64,000 nt of DNA from Octopus vulgaris. Its lineage: Eukaryota. Each line of letters starts with the position of its first letter. The stretch's first letter is position 1. The stretch is from positions 93,806,001-93,870,000 of the forward strand of contig OX597820.1 of the NCBI GenBank assembly GCA_951406725.2, given 5' to 3'. The notes below the pieces were generated by a model. It was not told the origin of the DNA and made no database searches. It saw only the letters and a list, made by a program, of their open reading frames with translations. A program made the translations under genes and the position numbers. Positions 26,500 to 39,509 of the stretch are shown here, piece by piece.

Positions 26500-27212
26500 A
26501 TCCTTTCTACTATAAGCACAAGGCCTGAAATTTGAGGGGAAGGGCTTAGACAATTATATCGACCCCACTACTCAGCTGCTACTTATTTTATAGACCCCGA
26601 AAGGATGAAAGGCAAAGTCGACCTTGGCGGAATTTGAACTCAGACTGTAGCGACAGAAGAAATACCTATTTCTTTACTACCCACAAGGGGCTAAACACAG
26701 AGTGAACAAACAAGGACAGACAAACGGATTAAGTCGATTATATCGACCCCAGTGCGTAATTGGCACTTATTTAATCGACCCCGAAAGGATGAAAGGCAAA
26801 GTCGACCTCGGCGGAATTTGAACTCAGAACGTAAAGGCAGACGAAATACCTATTTCTTTACTACCCACAAGGGGCTTGACACAGAGAGGACAAACAAGGA
26901 CAGACAAACGGATTAAGTCGACTATATCGACCCCAGTGCGTAACTGGTATTTATTTAATCGACCCCGAAAGGAAGAAAGGCAAAGTCGACCTCGGCGGAA
27001 TTTGAACTCAGACTGTAGCGACAGAAGAAATACCTATTTCTTTACTACCCACAAGGGGCTAAACACAAAGTGAACAAACAAGGACAGACAAACGGATTAA
27101 GTCGATTATATCGACCCCAGTGCGTAATTGGTACTTATTTAATCGACCCCGAAAGGATGAAAGGCAAAGTCAACCTCGGCGGAATTTGAACACAGAATGT
27201 AGAGACGGATGA
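26500..27212 (-). mobile_element. SINE family B tandem array (184-bp period)
   Basis: Junctions at 26666/7, 26850/1 and 27034/5; the terminal unit has the older tail and a simple-repeat (tta)n end. Confidence 0.85.
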
Positions 27213-27532
27213 AAAGACAAAAACTTAAAGAATTTAGACAGAACTCACATGCAATGTAAATAATAGTGGTAGTATGTATACACACTATATACACCTTATG
27301 AGAAAAGCCCAGGCGGAAGGAGGGAGCGTCCCCCAGGGTCAATTAAGGCACCACCCACCCAAATCCAGCATTACTCTGACTACGAAGGATTAGTGTCCCC
27401 GTCTCCCGGCTCGCATTCCCCGACCTACAGGCGCATACTGAGAGCAGACATCCACACACCATCCATACACTAAGGGGCCATGCTCGCTAATTTCATCCAC
27501 CTTCCAATAAATTTACAGGAGGGCAACAACAC

Positions 27533-27563
<31 letters not shown>

Positions 27564-27790
27564 TCCCTTCCTCTCTCCACTCCCCTCTCTTTCCCTCCTT
27601 CTCTCTCTACCCTTCACTTTTCACTCCAAGTGGAACTCAAAGTCGATGAAGTGGTGTGTATGTGTGTGTCTGTGTGTGTAAGTGTATGTTTTATGGGGTG
27701 GGGTACTGCCCCGTTCCATTTTCAATGAATCACATCCTATACCCCATGGGTTCTAATTCTACTCGATTCCATCATCAACACACACACACT

Positions 27791-27821
<31 letters not shown>

Positions 27822-28030
27822 ACACACACAAACATACATTCATCGGATACCAACACTTCAGTCCGCCACCGCTTAACCACCACCACTACCAAAATATTCC
27901 TTCATCCTTTTCCACATCCTTTTGCATTGCATCTGCCATTCTTCTCATTTGTGCCCCTCCCCTCGTCCAACACATAGGACTTTTCATCATCCTTCTTTTA
28001 CTCACAGACATGCATATTCTATTAGATACC

Positions 28031-28265
28031 TATTTCTTTACTACCCACAAGGGGCTAAACACAGAGAGGACAAATAAGGACAGACAAACGGATTAAGTCG
28101 ATTATATCGACCCCAGTGCGTAACTGGTACTTATTTAATCGACCCCGAAAGGATGAAAGGCAAAGTCGACCTCAGCGGAATTTGAACTCAGAACGTAACA
28201 GCAGACGAAATACCGCTAAGCATTTCGCCCGACGTGCTAACGTTTCTGCCAGCCCACCACCTTTT
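28031..28265 (-). mobile_element. SINE family B, full-length tailed copy
   Basis: 17-bp TSD atattctattagatacc at 28014-28030 and 28266-28282. Confidence 0.9.
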
Positions 28266-28349
28266 ATATTCTATTAGATACCGGCACAGAAATACATATA
28301 GGTTATTAGAAACACAAAAATAATATATTCTTTTATTCGTTTTTTTCTT

Positions 28350-28540
28350 TTATTTTTTTTTGGTTTCAGTCATTTGACTGCAGCCATGCTGGAGCATCGA
28401 CTTTTAGTCGAACAAATCGATCCCAGGACTTACTCTTTGTAAGCCAAGTACTTATTTATCGGCCTCTTTTGCCGAACCACTAAGATAAGTGGACGTAAAC
28501 ACATCAACATCTGTTGTCAAGCGATAGGTGGGAGGGAGGT

Positions 28541-28592
<52 letters not shown>

Positions 28593-28733
28593 CGACGAGC
28601 TTCTTTCAGTTTCCGTCTATCAAATCCATTCACAAGGCTTTGGTCAGCCCGATGCTATAGTCGAAGACACCTAGGTGCCACGCAGTGAGACTGAACCCGG
28701 AACCATGTGGTTAAGAAGCAAGTCACGCTACGC
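28350..28733 (-). mobile_element. SINE family A
   Basis: Homologous to 18878-19326; internal (CA)n. Confidence 0.75.
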
Positions 28734-28753
28734 CTATTATATATATATATGTA

Positions 28754-28887
28754 TATAATCAAAATAAGCAACAAGGATTATTTTGATTATAATCACCCCA
28801 TTTTGAATTATATGGATAATACCATAGTAAATTCTGGTGCCTTTAACTTAAGTACCATATTCATCTGAATCTAAATTTTACTAAACA
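28754..28887 (+). mobile_element. Short related fold-back element
   Basis: 14-bp inverted repeat tataatcaaaataa/ttattttgattata, followed by an atcacccca...tggtgc...gtaccatattca tail homologous to the tail starting at 29233; TA-rich flanks. Confidence 0.5.
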
Positions 28888-28906
28888 ATATATATATATA
28901 TATATA

Positions 28907-29342
28907 TATAAGCGAGAAAGAAGCAACAAGAATGGATAAGTTTTTAGTACAATCGTTTCATACAAAGACAGGCTTTATTAAAAGTTGCAAAAATTGCAGC
29001 ATATAAACATATATAGCCTCATATATGAGGCTATACTCATGAAGTAATCTACATTACTTCATGAGTATAGCCTCAACCACTAAGATGTCTAGAGAACTCA
29101 CATGTATTTTAGCTGATGAGTACGGGACACGTTTATATGCTGCAATTTTTGCAACTTTTAATAAAGCCTGTCTTTGTATGAAACGATTGTACTAAAAACT
29201 TATCCATTCTTGTTGCTTCTTTCTCGCTTATAATCACCCCACATTACTGTATTGTTAAAACCGTATAGTTTTTTGGTGCATCTAAGTTAGGTACCATATT
29301 CAAGTAAATTCATTAAAATTGACTTGAATCTTTATTGCTTTT

Positions 29343-29344
<2 letters not shown>
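28907..29344 (+). mobile_element. Non-autonomous Penelope-like fold-back element in (TA)n
   Basis: Perfect inverted arms 28907-29008 and 29131-29232, internal hairpins, a hammerhead, a ~110-bp unpaired tail, and (TA)n on both flanks. Confidence 0.65.
29107..29197 (+). ncRNA. Type I hammerhead ribozyme (Penelope-like element type)
   Basis: Stem I ttttag (29107-12) pairs with ctaaaa (29192-97). Core CTGATGAG 29113-20. Long stem II gtacgggaca...tgtctttgtat with inner tgcaa/ttgca hairpin. GAAAC 29180-84, loop gatt, cleavage triplet GTA 29189-91. Confidence 0.8.
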
Positions 29345-29387
<43 letters not shown>

Positions 29388-29780
29388 GCGCGCGCACACA
29401 CACACAGAGTAACTACTCACAAGTACACGCGCAGAAGCATACCCATAGTTTGCTAGACACATAAGATTACACAAGTAACTCCCCTCCTCATTACCACCAC
29501 ACCAAGCTCACATGAAACCCCTCTTTTTATTCATCCATGTACTTCAGTGTCTCTGTCTGTCTGTCAGTCCCTCTCTCTCTCTCTCTCTCTCTCTTTATAT
29601 ATATATATATATATATATATAAATATATATATCCTCCCTTTTCTCTCTTCTCTTTCTTGTCAACCCCGTTCCACCTTCTCTACGCTGTTCTGTCGACATA
29701 AATAAACCTCAGGGACGAGGTTAGAAATTCCCACGACGTCGGACGATGAGAGAGGGTAGCAGTGGAAAGGGGGTAACATG

Positions 29781-29820
<40 letters not shown>

Positions 29821-30550
29821 AACAAAAACACAGACATGTAGTCCCCTTCTCCTCTCTCTTTCTCCCTTAACCCATTACCTCTCAACCCTTCCACTTCCAA
29901 CATCCTCATTTTGCCTGTTTTTATTTTATTTTATTCCATTTTTTTTTACTTCAACAGCATCTCCTCCTCGCCATCGTACCAAAAACATCATACACACACA
30001 AAAAAAAGATTTAAACTGCAGAGCAAACAGACATAATGCCATTTCTTCACCCTCATCACCGACCTCAATCAGTCAACCATCCTACTGAATCACCCCCGAC
30101 CCTAACGAAGTTAGCCAGCCAGTCAGCTAGCCACCCTTAACCAGCCCCCCCGTTTAATATTGGAACCCCTCCCTAAGCCCACCAATTCCACCTCCCACGT
30201 CTGAAAAAGCCCGCTTTTCTCTTCGAAATATTTCACAAACGTTTGCTCTACTTTCAGACAAGTCTTTACACACTTGCTGTACAAAAGACAATCTGCACGA
30301 ACCAGTGGAGGGGGTGCATGGATATTGAGGGTGGAGTGGGTGAAAGGGGTTAAGTAACGGTTTGAGCCACTGTGAAACTGTTCCACCTGCCGCCAGTCAT
30401 AGCAGCTAAATGACCCTCGCGTCATACAGCGGTCCCATATTTAAGTCAAAAAACAACGATGAAACACGGTGGTCTTAGGTCTATCTTTATCAAGACGGGC
30501 GGAATGGGCAATGATCACCACCTCCACTGCCCCCATCTCCATTACCGTCG

Positions 30551-30593
<43 letters not shown>

Positions 30594-31498
30594 AAGTAAA
30601 ATCGTCATCATTGTCGCTGACATCGTCATCAGAATCAAGTGTAGAAATATCAGCAAGGAAGCCTTTTCGTGGTCATTCAAGCTGCTAGAAATAGCAAACG
30701 AATTACACCCTATTCTTTAAAAACAAAAAACAAATTAAATACTTATTGGGGTCATATGATGTAGTCCAAGATACATTATGTCTGATACAAAGACGGGGTG
30801 GTCACGACTGGCAAGTATCTGACCATTGTTCTACTCGATCAGAGCTAATTTGGAAGTCAACAATATATCAGTTACAAATATCGTCCTAGTGGTAGCAGCA
30901 ACAACAGCAACAATGGTTTTATAGTAGTAGCTTGAAACAGCAGCATCATCAGCAGCAGCAGCAATGGATATAAGCGACCCTCAAAACAGCAGTAAACAAG
31001 GGAGTCACTATGTGGTCGGCTGACCTACAGAAAACAGCAGTCAAATACCTTTAAACTCATAACCAACCTAACATCTTACCTAAAAGAAAGCTAGACTGGA
31101 CACTGTGTAGTCGCACAAATGCATTAAGAGCCAGAAGGTGGTTACGGTTTTTGATTGCCTTTGATTACAAGTATACTCAATCAAGCTGACCTTGGGTTAA
31201 ACAACAACGGCAATGACCAAATGCAACCCCAACAAAAGCAGTAGTAATAATCAACAGCAGCAGCAGCAGCAGCAGCAATGGTAGCAGCAGTAATTACAAA
31301 CAGCAAATCCCTACAACAGCATCGGTAGCAGCAGCAACACAGTAGCAGCGCTGTAACGTCGAAATCAGGTCAATATATTCAAACTGGTGACGCTTTTGGC
31401 ATTGCAATCTGACAGGAGGTGGGGTGCCCTGGTAGGTTTTGAAGGTTAGGTGAGACCAACCAGCTGGCGTGAAGACGTAGCAGCACTACTGAACCACC

Positions 31499-31548
<50 letters not shown>

Positions 31549-31578
31549 AGTACATACATATACATATATATATACCTA

Positions 31579-31614
<36 letters not shown>

Positions 31615-31785
31615 AGTACATACATATACATATATATATACCTATACATACATATATATATATATATATAAGTACATACATATACATATATATACCTATA
31701 CATACATATATATATATATATATACATACATATACATACATACATATATAGATACATGTACATATATACATACATATATATACAC

Positions 31786-31818
<33 letters not shown>

Positions 31819-31827
31819 CATACATAT

Positions 31828-31906
<79 letters not shown>

Positions 31907-32756
31907 CATATATATACTACATATATAGACATTATATATGTCTACTTACATATATGTATGCATGCATACATACATATATACACACGCATAGATACACACA
32001 TACATGCGTATGCGTGCATTTATAAGTTCGTATACATGCGCGTATTAGTATGTATTCATGTACGTATGAACATATATGAGTGTGTGTATGAGCCAGTTTA
32101 CATGCACATACACACTCATGTATTGAAGAGGGCCCAGAAAGCAATATCTTTGGTAGAACAAAGCCACTTGCATTATGTGAAGAATTCATATATTTGGTTA
32201 AGTGAATAAAAAGATTAACAATAAAACGTGTATTTCTTAAAATACATTGTCTTTTATGAGACTGTGTCATATCAATTATATGCATGCCTGTAAACTCCAG
32301 GTTATAACTGAAAGCATGTTGTTATACCATGAAACTGGGTGTATTAAATTAAATACATAAAAAAAAACAAATGCAAAAAATGTTATCAGATTTAAGGAAA
32401 GCGTGAAATTGAATCCATTTTTTTAGCATATGAGCTAAAATACAAATTATTTAGCGGTATTAAAAACATGATTAAAATAAAGTAGAGAAAGCCATTTTGA
32501 AAATTTGGATAAGAAGACATATAAAGATATGGCACTAGCACTCCGTCGACTACGATGATAAGAATTCCAGTTGACCCGAACAACGGAACATTCTCCTTGT
32601 GAAATGAATGTGCAAGTAGCTGAGCACTCTACAGACACGCGTTCCTTTAACATAGTTGTGAGGCAGATTCAATGCTGGGCTGGCGGTACGCTGTGTTCTT
32701 GCGCAAGACACTTTATTTCACGTTGCTCCAATTCCCTCAGCTATAAAGATAGACCT

Positions 32757-33145
32757 TGGCGTAGATACGTGGTAAGAAGTTTGCTGCCGAACCACATGGT
32801 TCTGAGTTCAGTCCCACTGCAGTGCACCTTGAGCAAGTGCCTTCTACTGTAACCTCGGGACGACCAAAGCCATGTGAGTGGATTTGGTGGGCGAAAACTG
32901 AAAGGAGCCCGTCGTACATATGTGTATGTGTACCCGTGTGTGTTTGAACCACTCACACACCGCTTCACAAACGGTGTTGGTTTGTTTACGTGAATTAGCG
33001 TTTCGATAAAAATGGCCGAGAATATAAGTACCAGGCTCAACAAAAATAAGCACTGGGGTAGACTCATCTGACTAAAACTCTTCTAGTCGATTCCCTAGCA
33101 TGGCTGCAGTCCAATGATTGAAACAAGCACAAAATAAGAGATAAA
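32757..33145 (+). mobile_element. SINE family A, diverged
   Basis: ggtaagaagtttgctgccgaaccacatggttctgagttcagtcccactgc...gcatggctgcagtccaatgattgaaacaag. Confidence 0.75.
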
Positions 33146-33853
33146 GAAATATGTTATATTAACTTGGATGTAGGAAGAGAAATATAAAACGTGTATCACA
33201 TTTAAAGCGTACAAAAGTGGATACATTAAAATAAAATTTAGAATATAAATTATTATATAACTTTAAGTGGTTTATAAAGTAGTAATACGTGAAGGTAAAT
33301 GAGAGATAGGAAAAGGGCGAGGTACATGTTTGAATAAGAGGATGTGCAAGATTATTTAATCAGCAATACTTAATGAAGTAAATAATCATTTAAATTAGAG
33401 TTGAAAAACAAGTTGTGATAAAATTAACTAAAGCATCATTAATGAAGCTTAATACATGGATGGTTTAATAGTAATTTAACGGTGGCTAATTTAATAATTA
33501 AATTAATATAACTGGAGGAACAAAAACTGAGTCGCGGTTTAAACAATTAAATAAATAACCTGAACATGAAAGGCGGAAATCTACTAAAATCAAAGTCTGA
33601 GATTTACTAATTAATATTGTTTAGATTGTCTATTGTATTATTACAAAGTAGGATAGCTATAATGATTAAAATCGCAATAGACGTTAGTGGAAATGTACTG
33701 TTATTGTCAATGACAATAAGCTTTATTCTGAAAATGTTTTCTAAGTAAAAAGTAAAATAGAATATCAATGACAATAGCATATAAAGATGAGCGATGGTGT
33801 ACTAATATACTTATACAAGGATGTTTGTTTGTTTGTGTGTGTGTATGTATGTA

Positions 33854-33889
<36 letters not shown>

Positions 33890-34204
33890 TGAGAGAGGAG
33901 AAGTTCAATAAATAATATAATTCAAAATGGCACAGGTTTAAAGTATTTTAATGTTTTAAACATCATTTGCTGCAATGTGAGACTAAATCTGAGTGTCTTT
34001 TAAGTAACAGAAGGATGTAGAATTATATTTCTAATGACCCTGAGATGCGAAACTGACAAGGCTTTTATTGTTGGTAGGAATTTTTCGAAGGACAGTTTTT
34101 CATTTTATATTAGAAGTACGTGTTGCTTGGCTTCAAATCCTAAATATGGTAAGAGAGCAAGGTAGGAGCTTCTCTGTCCTGATTCGAAACGCGCGCACGT
34201 GTAT

Positions 34205-34262
<58 letters not shown>

Positions 34263-34745
34263 TGCGCGCGTGCGTTGAATATGCTGAACGAATTTAGCGA
34301 TTAAGTATGAATTTAGTGGTTAAATATGAAATTGAGATTGAGTTGATCTTCACTGTGGGACATTACATTAAATCCGTCAATTTTTCAGTTGACTTCATAG
34401 AGATAATAGTAGAAGTAAATACACCTACAGTTAGATATAATTTAGATGGAAGGTTGTGTTTAAATATATTACATTATTTTAGCTCTGCACTAAATATCAA
34501 AACATCTGTATCTATTGCATAGACAGACAGATAGACAGAAACACACACACACGCATACGCAAGTTAAAAAATAAGGTATGTGAAAACTGGTCGTGGTCTG
34601 CGTTAGTAAACGTTATGCATTGAATGATGTTAATGAGTTCGGAAAAGTTCGCATGTGGTGGGCAGAAAAGTATTCTAAAGTTTCATGTAGACGTGCAATG
34701 ATGTTAGAACCTCGCACTTATTAGATTTAGCCTGGCAGTGTCAGT

Positions 34746-34801
<56 letters not shown>

Positions 34802-35084
34802 GCGCATGTGTATGTGTGTGTGTGTGTGTGCGTGCGATCACATGCGTTTACATGATTGTGCGTAGCGGGATCGTCGTTCCTCCGAAGAATAAGTGTAACT
34901 ATTATTTTGGCAGAGGACTTTTAGTATCAACAGTCTTATCTGAATCTCTCTGTGCGCGCACACCTTCAAACACATATATAATGTAGCAATATAATATATA
35001 GATACATTAAACAGAAACACACAGAGACACACATTCATACATAGACAAATGAAAGAAAATAGAATTAATGACATTTTTGTATTT

Positions 35085-35162
35085 AACACACTACAGCTGT
35101 TTCGAGACATTTCTACACCTGTAGTACATACGTGAGAGAATGCCCCTCTTCAGGTGATTGTT
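35085..35162 (-). ncRNA. Type I hammerhead ribozyme (Penelope-like element type)
   Basis: Minus strand reads cac-CTGAAGA-Ggggcattct...agaaatgtctC-GAAAC-agct-GTA-gtg. Stem I cac/gtg extends with aaca/tgtt. Stem/loop III acagctgt is palindromic. Confidence 0.8.
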
Positions 35163-35248
35163 CGTCAGATTCTCACGCCATTTCACATCCATCCATTCAT
35201 TCGTCCATCTATCCATTCAACCATCCATCCATCGATGCATACATACAT

Positions 35249-35283
<35 letters not shown>

Positions 35284-35693
35284 TACATACATACATACAT
35301 ACATACATACATACATACATACATACATACATACATACATACATACATACATACATACATACATACATACATACATACATACATTCATTCATTCATTCAT
35401 TCATTCATTCATTCATTCATTCATGCACGCACAGTGCAATGAATGACTGGCTTTTGAGAGATAAAGACCGAAAGAATAGAAAATAGCAAAGAAAATTATA
35501 TTTTCATGGTAGTAATGTTACTGATAATAATGTCAGATCACTTTTAAATATAGGGTTGTTGATGAGACAGTGAGAAGGGGCACCTTTATATATATAGTGG
35601 TTTTTCTCTAATATATATATTATATATTTATATTGTGAAATTTGATTTAATACTAAATTGAATTTTTCCCTATAAGTTTGGAGTTATACTCCC

Positions 35694-35768
<75 letters not shown>

Positions 35769-36302
35769 ATGAGTGAGTGCATGCGTGCAAATATAAACAC
35801 TACACGAAAAACACATGCGAGCGCGCACACGCACACACACTCATAAATAAATTGTACTTATACCACTCTGCTTCATGGTATTGAGTTCTTTTCTGGATAG
35901 ATTGATTTACAGTTTTGTGTATTTCATATGTTTCCATAAAATGATCATGAAAACAAATAACCAATATCTCAAGCTAAATGTGACCTCCTTTATTCTACAT
36001 ATGTCTTTCCTCTAGTGATTCCAAGCCACCAATAATCCTCAGAATATTCCAACTCCACCTCTCTGTCTCTTCCATACACATCACGCATAGAACACATACA
36101 CACACATAAATGCAAATTTAGTATATGTGCGTGTGGGGAGGGGTGCCACCAATTCAAGTTCTTTTCATTCTTCTTTTACCTTATTTTTTTTCTGGTTCGT
36201 TTCTGTAGCTGGAGATTTTCCTGAAACAACAGCCATACAGTAACCAGCCATCTATACATTGACGAACACATTTACACATGCACATACATACAGTCATTAT
36301 CA

Positions 36303-36380
<78 letters not shown>

Positions 36381-36636
36381 TGCACATATATGTCTGTACA
36401 CACAGACACAGCGAGACAAGTTTAAGTATAAAGTAAATAAACAGATATGCATAGCTACTGAGATACATATACATATACACATCCGATGTTATAGCATCTT
36501 AAATTTTGTGCAGCTCAAATCAAATAAATAGATGAAATAGTGAAACCATACAACAAACATAGCACAGACTGTCGTCTACGAGATACATACAAACACACAC
36601 ATACACATATACATATGTATACACACACATATATAT

Positions 36637-36691
<55 letters not shown>

Positions 36692-36984
36692 CTTATACAT
36701 ACATACACACATGTATATATGTATGTGTATATATCAATTGTACGTATACACCCTAACAAATGTATACACAAACATATTGGTTCATCTGAGATATGCATAC
36801 ATACGTCCATACACACTTACATACTTAGATGTATATACGCATGTACACATGCCGGTATACATACACACGAGTTAAAAACATACGTATATATATATATACC
36901 TACATACATACTAGCTGTGGATAGGTACACACACATTAACTGTACATATATATATGTATATATATGTTTGTATGTATGTATGCC

Positions 36985-37039
<55 letters not shown>

Positions 37040-37192
37040 ATTTTAAGTACATATATACTTACATATTCACAGACTGTAGATACATACATAAGTACAAAAG
37101 TAGCAGCTGTATATACATATTTTCGTACGTATAAGCTATACAATTAAACACTTGTGCAAATCTGGCTTTCAATACTGGATTATATTCAACAT

Positions 37193-37238
<46 letters not shown>

Positions 37239-37974
37239 ACATGTATATACACACATACATTCACATGCACACACAGAGGCACAAACTAGATTTTATGGTT
37301 AAATGTTTAGATAGACGCTTTCTTTTGCTTTTGTTCTTTGAACATTTTCTGCCAATAAAGACAGAAACGGTCTTTAGAAGAGCAAAAGCTACTTCTCTAG
37401 AGTTTATTAATGTAGAAAGTGTATGTATGTGTATATAGACGTGTATCTAAATTAATAAACTCCACAACCGCATAGTTATGTGTATAAACAAGTAGACATC
37501 ATACACACGTACATATATGCATATACACTCGCATACTCACAAATACATTTTGTTTTGCAAACAGAAATGGTACTAAATGTGTAATACATATTTATATGTG
37601 TGTGAGTGTGTGTGTGTGTGTGTGTGTTTTACTCGTTAGACTACTGCCATGCTGGAGCACTGCTTTGAAAAAGTTTTAGTCGAATGAATCGATTCCGGTA
37701 TTTACTTTCTTTTTTGTAAGTCTCATACTTATTCTATCGGTTTCTTTTGCCGAACCACTAAGTTACAGGGACGTAAACACACCAACACCAATTGTCAAGC
37801 GGTGGTGGGAGACAACACACAAACACACCCGCACACAGGTATGCGTGTGTGTACGTGTATAATGTGTGTGCTTATATGAAATACGAAAATCAATGTTATA
37901 TTCAATGTTTTTGTTATTTCTGTCATTGTTGCAAATATGCAGAGTACTTGGACGGTGGTAGAGACAATAGAACG

Positions 37975-38198
37975 AGCTGGCAGAACTGTTAGCACGCCGG
38001 GCGAAATGCTTAGCGGTACTTCATCTGCCGTTACGTTCTGAGTTCAAATTCCGCCGAGGTCGACTTTGCCTTTCATCCTTTCGGGGTCGATAAATTAAGT
38101 ACCAGTTACGCACTGGGGTCGATGTAATCGACTTAATCCGTTTGTCTGTCCTTGTTTGTCCTCTCTGTGTTTAGCCCCTTGTGGGTAGTAAAGAAATA
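37975..38198 (+). mobile_element. SINE family B, near full-length tailed copy
   Basis: 18-bp TSD ggtagagacaatagaacg at 37957-37974 and 38199-38216. Confidence 0.9.
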
Positions 38199-38666
38199 GG
38201 TAGAGACAATAGAACGCTGGTGAAAACGATTTAATAGTCTTAATGTAATGAGTTCAAGTCCAGTTATCGTTAACTTCACCTTTTACTCTTCTCATGATTA
38301 TGATTGGTTTTAATTGCCTTCGCCTTTTCCTCACACACGTCTAACGTTTATTGTTCTGTCTTCTTCCAATGCCAGCAAAACATCCATCGGTAGATGCAGG
38401 AACGTCGACTTCAGGGCTTTACGTTATTCAGTTTCGCTCCTTCACGTTTATGATTTCAGATCTCACTTGGTCAGGTCAACTCAAGCATATCAACTCAAGA
38501 CCGCCTATGAGGTCAATTGATTTGCTTGAAATGAGAGTGAAATATCTTCGAAATTGCGCCCTGCTGTCTTATACAGAGAGGGATATGGAGGAGAATGTTG
38601 TCGCAAATGTAGTAGAAGAAAGAACAGTGTGGACAGAATTCACATTGTTGCATAAACATAGACACA

Positions 38667-38717
<51 letters not shown>

Positions 38718-39132
38718 GTATATGTATATATGTATATGTATATGTACAAACATTTGTGAAACAATTAGAGTGTTCATTATAGGAAAGTGTCGCTTAGAGT
38801 GACTGTGGGTCTGTTAATTAGGATCTCTCGAGTCTTTGCTAAATGTAGTGATCTGTGGAATAACCAGTTCCAAATAGGCTTTTATCCAAAGAGGAAAAAT
38901 ATGATTTTAAAATAATAACTTCACTGCGTGGTGCAGATAATATTGTGCGTCGTGCCAATTTTTATATTAGATTAGCGTCTGTCTATATACGCAATAATAT
39001 ACTGCTGAGCTGCACGCAGATACCAGGGCAGGATCTTATTTTATAGACTTTGGAAAGAGGAAGGCAAGGTGGACCTAGGCACATACCTAATACCACAAAG
39101 TATTGTATTTTTATGACCTACTATCACCCATA

Positions 39133-39207
<75 letters not shown>

Positions 39208-39293
39208 TAAATAAACAAACAAACACAACACAAATACATGTTTTAACAAAGCAAGCCACGTGTCTCTTATTTTTTCTGGTTTCCCGCTTTCAG

Positions 39294-39350
39294 TCACGCT
39301 ACAGGAATGTGGAAAGAGAAACCAGTGCCTATGCTGAGAAAGATGAAATA
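39294..39350 (+). CDS. Candidate internal exon (57 nt), unknown gene
   Basis: Acceptor tttttctggtttcccgctttcag and donor gtaaga; a purine-rich unique island between microsatellites, frame-compatible with its neighbours. Confidence 0.4.
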
Positions 39351-39509
39351 GTAAGAGAGAGAGAGAGAGGAGGCGGGGAGAAAGTGAGGAAAAGAGAAAA
39401 AGAGAGAGAAACAAAAAACATTCAGGTTACTTAGAAGTAATCAGTGAAATATGGGTATAGGACGGAGATAGGGAGAGGAAGAAATTCATGTAAATTAAGT
39501 CACAGCTAG

